From: Candidatus Spongiisociaceae bacterium
Lineage (GTDB): Bacteria > Actinomycetota > Acidimicrobiia > Spongiisociales > Spongiisociaceae
Direction: 5' to 3'
Length of the DNA stretch: 64,000 nucleotides
Assembly: GCA_965202665.1 (NCBI GenBank)
Contig: OZ241841.1
Span: 2,336,001 to 2,400,000, forward strand
This document shows positions 60,201 to 64,000 of this stretch, in pieces. The translations under genes and the position numbers were made by a program. The notes under the pieces were generated by a model. It made no database searches, was not told where the DNA came from, and saw only the letters and a program-made list of their open reading frames with translations. Position 1 is the first letter of the stretch. Each line of letters begins with the position of its first letter.

Positions 60201-63200
60201 CCGGGTGGAGTTGTCGGTTAGTCCGGCGCAGACGGTGCGGGAGGGCGGAGGCGCGGTGCGGGTGGCGGTGTCGGCGACTTTGGTCGGCTTCGGCGGACCG
60301 GGCCAGCCGGCGCGGCCGGAGGGGGATATGGCGGTGCAGGTGTGGGTCACCAACGGTTCGGCGACGGTGTCCCAAGATTTCGCGACGGTGAACCCCTTCA
60401 CGGTTACCATTCCGGCCGGCAAGATGGCGGGGAGCGCAACCTTTGATCTGCTGACGATAGACGACGCGGATACGGAGGGTCCGGAGACGGTGCTGGTGGG
60501 AGGCCTGCATGGAGTGGCTTACGGCCCATGGGGGGTGCTGGATGTGCTGGGAACGGAAGTGCTGATCGAGGACAATGAAAGGGGGCAGAAGGAGATTATT
60601 CTGTCGGTCGATCAGCTCCGGGTGGCGGAGGGCGGGTCGGATCAGACGGTTACCGTAACGGCTACATTGCCGGGCATGGAAGCGAGTCCGGTACTTTTGG
60701 GATTGAATCTGGCGGACGGAACAGCCAAGGCGGCCAATAAAGATTACACGGCGTTGACGGGCAATGTTGATTTACTCATTCCGGCAGGCCAAACGCGGGC
60801 TATCGTGGATGTGACGGTGGCGATCCCCAATGACACCGCCGCCGAGCAGGACAAAACAGTGTTGCTTAGGGCGTTCGCCCCATTCGGGTTCGAGGCCTCC
60901 CCATCCGAATTCGCGATAACAATTGCCGATGACGACGCCTCCATCACGCCTTTGGATCCGGCCCGGTGCGACGACGGGACTTTTGTGGAGGACACCTCCA
61001 ACACCGCTCTGATCGCCGACTGCAAGGCCTTGGTGGACATCCGCAACCATTTCACCGCCCACCCCGCCAACCAGAACCTGCCGACGGACGACCCGGCCAC
61101 CTCCGACGTGGATGAAACCCATGTGCTCCGCGCCTGGGGGGCGACCGGATACGCCCCTTGGCCCTCCCCGGTCGTTTCCCCCACCCGCCTGGCCGGAAGG
61201 GCGTTGGACAGCATGTTCGAAACCCGGGACATCCGAATATGGCCGGGGGTGACTTTGGAAAGAGTCGGGGGCGTTTTGCGGGTGACGGGAATAAATCTGC
61301 ACAACCAGGGATTGAAAGGTTTAGTTCCGGTCGACTCCATCCACGAGCGTTGCGAAGAGCCGTATTTCTCGCTTTCCTCCACCCCGCCCTGCACCAACGA
61401 CCGGGGGGAGAGCTCCAACTTCCACTACACCGCCAGGCGGGCGTTTCCCATCCTCCCCAGCGCCGAGGCGGAGGCGAACCGGATCTCAGGCACGGTCCCC
61501 GCTCAGATTGGCGATTTGGCGGCTTTGACCAGATTGGACTTGGGGGGCAACCGCCTCACCGGCCCCCTCCCCGCCCCAGTGTTGTCTGCCGGGCTGACCT
61601 CTTTGGTTTTGTCGGGCAACGACCTGGCGTTGGCGGATTTGGACGTGACGGACCTGACCGGCCTTTCCGAGTTGCGGGCCGGGGGCAACCGGCTGACTTC
61701 CTGGCCCGTCGGACTGAACGCCAACCTGGAAATACTGGACTTGTCCGACACCGGCCTAACCGGTGCCCTCCCCTCCGGCCCCTCCGGCGTAACCACCCTG
61801 ACCGGCCTCACCTACCTGGACCTGTCCGGAAACGGCTTCACCGGTGCCCTTCTCTCCGATTGGGGCGGGCTGGAGGAGCTGGCCGTTTTGGTTTTGTCGG
61901 ACAACCAGCTGACCGGCCCCATCCCCGCCACTTGGCGGACCCTGACCAAGTTGGAGAGGCTGGACCTGGGCGGCAACCGCCTCACCGGCGCGATTTCCTC
62001 TCAGTTCCGCTCCCGCTGGGACGACACTCCGGGCGCCACCCGCCGGCTGGGCTGGGGTTCTTTGACCGATCTGGATTTGTCGGGCAACCAGTTTTCAGGG
62101 GAGATTCCCGCCTGGGTGGGCGGCCTGGCCGACTTGGAACGACTGAACCTTTCCGACAACGATTTCTCCTGGGGCTTGCCCCGTTTGGAGGGGTCCACCG
62201 GCCTGGTGTACGTGAACTTGTCCAACAACCGGTTGCAGGGTTCGGTGCCGTCGGCGTGGGCGGCGTTGACCGGCCTGCAACAGTTGCGGCTGGGCGGCAA
62301 CCGGCTGTCGGGCCCCTTCCCGGCCTGGGTGGGAAGATTGCCCGACCTGCGGCATCTCCACCTGAACGACAACCGGCTGACCGGCCTCCTCCCGGCCAGT
62401 CTGGGGGATCTGGATCTGATTCATTTGGACCTGTCGGGGAACCGGCTGCGGGGCCCCGTCCCGGCCTCCTGGGCGGCTTTGACCGGTTTGACCATGTTAA
62501 ATTTGGGCGGCAACCGGCTGACCGGCCCCATCCCGGCCGCGCTGGGAGGTTTCACCGGTTTGACCCTTTTGGATTTGGGCGGCAACCAGTTCGCCGGTTC
62601 CATCCCCGCCGCCCTGACTTCGCTAACCCGGTTGCGGGTTCTGGATTTGGGCGGCAACCGGCTGACCGGTCCCATCCCCGCCCGGATAGGGGATCTGTCC
62701 CGCCTGGAGAAGCTGAGTTTGGGCGACAACGGCTTGACCGGCGGCCTCCCCGCATCTTTCTCTTCGCTGACGGAGCTGACCCATTTCGACGCGGGCGGCA
62801 ACCCGGTTCTCTGGCCGACCGGCGGAATCCCCGCCGGGGTTCTCGGCGTAACAACCTGGCCGTCCGCCGTGGACAAGCTGACCTTTTTGGATCTGAGCGA
62901 AACGGGGATGGCCTCCGTCTTCCCGGCCGGGCTGGAGACGCTGGACGGCCTCACCTACCTGGACCTTTCCGGCAACCGGCTCACCGGCCCCCTCCCCGTC
63001 GCCGTGAGCTCCCTAACCAAGTTGCGGACCCTGTTGGCCTCGGACAACCGGTTTACCGGTTCCGTTCCCTCCGCCTGGGGTTCCCTGTCCCCGGCGGCGG
63101 GCGGCTCCCTGTCCCGGCTCGGTTTCTGCGGCAACGGGATCACCGGCCCCCTGCCTCTCCTGCTCCGTTCCGGGGTGGAACTGGTCGGGTTCCCTTCCGG

Positions 63201-64000
63201 GGCCCGGGAGACGGGGGCGTGCGCCGGGGCGTTGGCCGTTCTAACCGTTTCCCCGGCTTTGACGGGCGAAGAGGACGGGCCCGTCGAGGTGGCCGTCACC
63301 GCCGTCCGCCCCGAATACGGCGGCCCGGGCGGCAACCTGTCCGAGCGGGACACGCGGATTTTCTTAACGTTGCTGGGGGATACGGCCGTGCTGGGAGCGA
63401 CCGGGGATTTCACTTTCCGGGATCCGAACGGGACCGTTTTCCAACCACCGCAACCGACGGGACGGGTGCGGTTGACCTCCGACGCCGCCCGGCCTTTGCC
63501 GGAGGGTACGGCGGCGGACATCGCGGTCACCGCCTCTTTCGCCTCCGGCGCCGTCAGCAGCCGCCCCACCCGGGTCAGCCTGCGGGTGGGGGCGGAGGGG
63601 GACGTCGCAACCCCCGGCGACACAATCGGCGAAGGCGATTTCTCCTACCGGTGGACGGGGACGACCGCCCCGGAGGTGGTGATACCGGCCGGTCAGAACA
63701 GCGCCGCCGTAACCCTGCGCGTATCGCCTTTCTCCGACGGGAAGTTGGAGGGGACGGAGTCTTTCACCATCGCCGGGAGCACCGCGGACTGCAGCCTCGG
63801 TTTGGGCCGCGGCGACTGTTCGGTGGGTTCCACGCAGGCGGCCATCGCCGATCCGGGTTCCCCCATCGTGGCGGAGGTGGTGATACCGGCCGGGAAACGG
63901 AGCGGAACGGCAACGCTGGAGGTGACGCCCGTCGACGACGCCGCCTCCGAGCCGGTGGTGGAAAAACTGAGGGTGGTCGGCGAGGCCGGCTCGTTGCCGG
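54256..64000 (+). CDS. Giant secreted Calx-beta-like / leucine-rich-repeat surface protein, 3'-partial (>3,200 aa)
   Basis: GAAAGG RBS and GTG, signal peptide (..LTPALAQA), repeated TITIPAG..S..F.L...DD...EG.E modules, LRR blocks (LTSLNLGGNNLSGSIP) at ~58430-59020 and ~61480-63150; frame 1 is open in every segment I checked and has no + frame-1 ORF in the track because it lacks a stop. Confidence 0.88.
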   Translation, partial: MTGYCKSGYAGFVGQPGVRRRQGRRTLALALACALVASLFPNLSLTPALAQAANSAVLTVSPATVDEDGGAQRIVVTATLAQADPANPITVDLAVEAEAGTGTVEGTHFTAVDDSDLRITIPATATTGTAWFDLIPVDDLTLQSANRSVTVTGSSTGLGGGSVTGTSVTIDDDEAAAVNLSLDRTSVDEDAGTVAVKVTAAFAFPDEQRRAAATDIAVTVGAESDTATGGTDYATPSPFTITIPANQTSATASFNLPVSDNLAANPDKTLTVTGVNRTPGWPVAPASLTILDNESAIRLSLDKTEVSEGDGAQTITVTAALSEGRTETTATEVTVDVVGESGGFAAVPRFTITIPDRTRSATGSFTFTPDVDTTAEGVSRVTVQGTSDRLDVYPAYLSIIDDDNLITLSVDTALVAEGTAAEVEVTAALPAATTPLPRDMRVRVGVLSGSSTAVAGEDYQAVPDFDVEIEGGSRSGSATFTLTTFADQADEVAENITLGVISVSRRDPDVDDPDIPGETMEAETFTALSIFRTESADLHITAPRLLTVAVSPSRVTEGSTTTLTASAALPEGMDPITENVAVTVSLAADGTEAGGSAEAADFTPVSAVINITASPGSPFTSASPAATQDFTLVAASDADRDDETIKVSASASGYGIASSFVTIADDGAPPPRPDPPAINLRADVLRVGEDSGTTAVTVTAEYADGASRAAPVIVETELANYAGYATAPDDYAAVAKFNITIPANATKASGSFNLTVVDDALAEGDERVRIIGRETAASPGPATGSIPPGTDSGLTGYAVNAADIVITDNDDTLFFSLTPLFLDEAAGAAQLAYEVGLASGVTPLTEDLEITISAASGTAVLGTDFTAAAQWVVSLPQNTRTVSGFLDVTLIEDDLAEGYEFFETSAAAPGLKTSAISVFINDDDQRINLSVDPYRISEDSGSGAASRITEVTVTAFLPGSTPGVVLPGEPVRATPLKIPVSVAADTAGSADFTAAPDSFTITIPAGASEGSASFNLTVADDRVAEGGENIIVRAGDPFQVHSPVYTSVRSITTSSLAPGHPTVTIVDDDAEDIVLSVSRSSAAENDGPIPLTVTATLRESVARLRTAAEVTLSTSGSSAAPNADFSLTDGTGGTGPFTITIPAGQRSASADLTLSLVNDRSREGSEAVVFSGSAPTFNVVPAAPLIIFDDDTAIALSVSPAALEEDSGATSLTVTAALPPGETAPAGGPITVALTAAGDSAPGRAEEGAGKDFTAVRPDPFQITIPAGINAASVIFTLTVLNDAVSEGAETVTISGAAPGRAVSPATVTILGNDGETAALGSGGCSDGTWVADPASALVGDCQQLVAMRNLWLANPDNAGLPADHPLRLWGSGLVDSWPGVTATGGRVTGLNLSNGNLAGKIPGQISSLTALTSLNLGGNNLSGSIPSLSALTALTSLNLGGNNLSGSIPALSALTALTSLNLGGNNLSGAIPAAVTSLSSLTSLDLGGNNLSGSIPALSALTALTSLNLGGNDLSGAFPPVTALTSLEGLDVSDNKLSGPLPSAWSSLTALARLDVSGNRLTGSIPAGLGGLSALTEFGFCGNGFTGALPAGLASGAVLPGYDPAAGVGGCRRGVALRVSPDGMAEGEDGEITVTAELVGFGGEGEPGLPGLDTPVSVSVGGGTAAASDFRGAGAGGAVDNFVITIPAGSTSGKASFRLEALDDTLFEGSEFINLSGSSAGLTVFGEELFILDGDSKIALTVDPGSVTEGAAAAEITVTATLTGFGGASQPTAPTAALSVPVSVVAGTAAVGDFTPVDDFAITIPAGSTSGTGTFRLETVDDVLREGEEIISVTGPATGATASGGRLGVSPAELRVVDNEQWVRIVLPSGSFVREGQTFQRFITGGLVGFGGPGQPAFPQTTQVQLSVADSADVHGWSDSIQYFGVSRRFAIGSEVQIRAKQDELFEGPEVVTVTGTARIPATGMSVVVEPVEVALVDRESRVELSVSPAQTVREGGGAVRVAVSATLVGFGGPGQPARPEGDMAVQVWVTNGSATVSQDFATVNPFTVTIPAGKMAGSATFDLLTIDDADTEGPETVLVGGLHGVAYGPWGVLDVLGTEVLIEDNERGQKEIILSVDQLRVAEGGSDQTVTVTATLPGMEASPVLLGLNLADGTAKAANKDYTALTGNVDLLIPAGQTRAIVDVTVAIPNDTAAEQDKTVLLRAFAPFGFEASPSEFAITIADDDASITPLDPARCDDGTFVEDTSNTALIADCKALVDIRNHFTAHPANQNLPTDDPATSDVDETHVLRAWGATGYAPWPSPVVSPTRLAGRALDSMFETRDIRIWPGVTLERVGGVLRVTGINLHNQGLKGLVPVDSIHERCEEPYFSLSSTPPCTNDRGESSNFHYTARRAFPILPSAEAEANRISGTVPAQIGDLAALTRLDLGGNRLTGPLPAPVLSAGLTSLVLSGNDLALADLDVTDLTGLSELRAGGNRLTSWPVGLNANLEILDLSDTGLTGALPSGPSGVTTLTGLTYLDLSGNGFTGALLSDWGGLEELAVLVLSDNQLTGPIPATWRTLTKLERLDLGGNRLTGAISSQFRSRWDDTPGATRRLGWGSLTDLDLSGNQFSGEIPAWVGGLADLERLNLSDNDFSWGLPRLEGSTGLVYVNLSNNRLQGSVPSAWAALTGLQQLRLGGNRLSGPFPAWVGRLPDLRHLHLNDNRLTGLLPASLGDLDLIHLDLSGNRLRGPVPASWAALTGLTMLNLGGNRLTGPIPAALGGFTGLTLLDLGGNQFAGSIPAALTSLTRLRVLDLGGNRLTGPIPARIGDLSRLEKLSLGDNGLTGGLPASFSSLTELTHFDAGGNPVLWPTGGIPAGVLGVTTWPSAVDKLTFLDLSETGMASVFPAGLETLDGLTYLDLSGNRLTGPLPVAVSSLTKLRTLLASDNRFTGSVPSAWGSLSPAAGGSLSRLGFCGNGITGPLPLLLRSGVELVGFPSGARETGACAGALAVLTVSPALTGEEDGPVEVAVTAVRPEYGGPGGNLSERDTRIFLTLLGDTAVLGATGDFTFRDPNGTVFQPPQPTGRVRLTSDAARPLPEGTAADIAVTASFASGAVSSRPTRVSLRVGAEGDVATPGDTIGEGDFSYRWTGTTAPEVVIPAGQNSAAVTLRVSPFSDGKLEGTESFTIAGSTADCSLGLGRGDCSVGSTQAAIADPGSPIVAEVVIPAGKRSGTATLEVTPVDDAASEPVVEKLRVVGEAGSLP

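Noticed and set aside
54250-63623. Numerous minus-strand and off-frame ORFs (e.g. 56116..58470)
   Set aside because: Shadows of the single frame-1 giant protein in high-GC DNA; no recognisable motifs.

Overview
High-GC actinobacterial chromosome segment. Acidimicrobiia-like by gene content (inference): F420-dependent LLM oxidoreductase, SCO1664/DUF3090/phosphatase cluster, DUF222-HNH, and leaderless promoters. The giant LRR/Calx-beta surface protein suggests a host-associated lifestyle such as a sponge symbiont (inference). Housekeeping blocks are rnpB, two aquaporins, trpD, a System I ccmABCDEFHIG cytochrome c maturation operon, glgC, and a his operon with a TrpR-like repressor and its operator. 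Accessory regions are: (i) a Rad50/RloC-like ATPase with a HEPN-like partner, next to a frameshifted RecQ-PRTase/DprA pair; (ii) a ~10.5 kb island (9.9-20.4 kb) with two convergent GHKL-ATPase/unknown/DUF6339-like triads aimed at a central PP-loop (PAPS-reductase-like) enzyme, plus three more DUF6339-like paralogs; the PP-loop gene appears reachable by a -1 ribosomal frameshift and one ATPase carries a G12 tract; (iii) three lipoprotein thioredoxins with in-frame UGA (UxxC) and a covarying SECIS-like hairpin; (iv) a type II-like R-M pair; (v) a tandem array of membrane-anchored coiled-coil paralogs; (vi) a >3,200-aa LRR/Calx-beta protein, absent from the ORF track, with a C13 tract in its putative promoter spacer. 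All family names come from motif recognition by eye, not from database searches.
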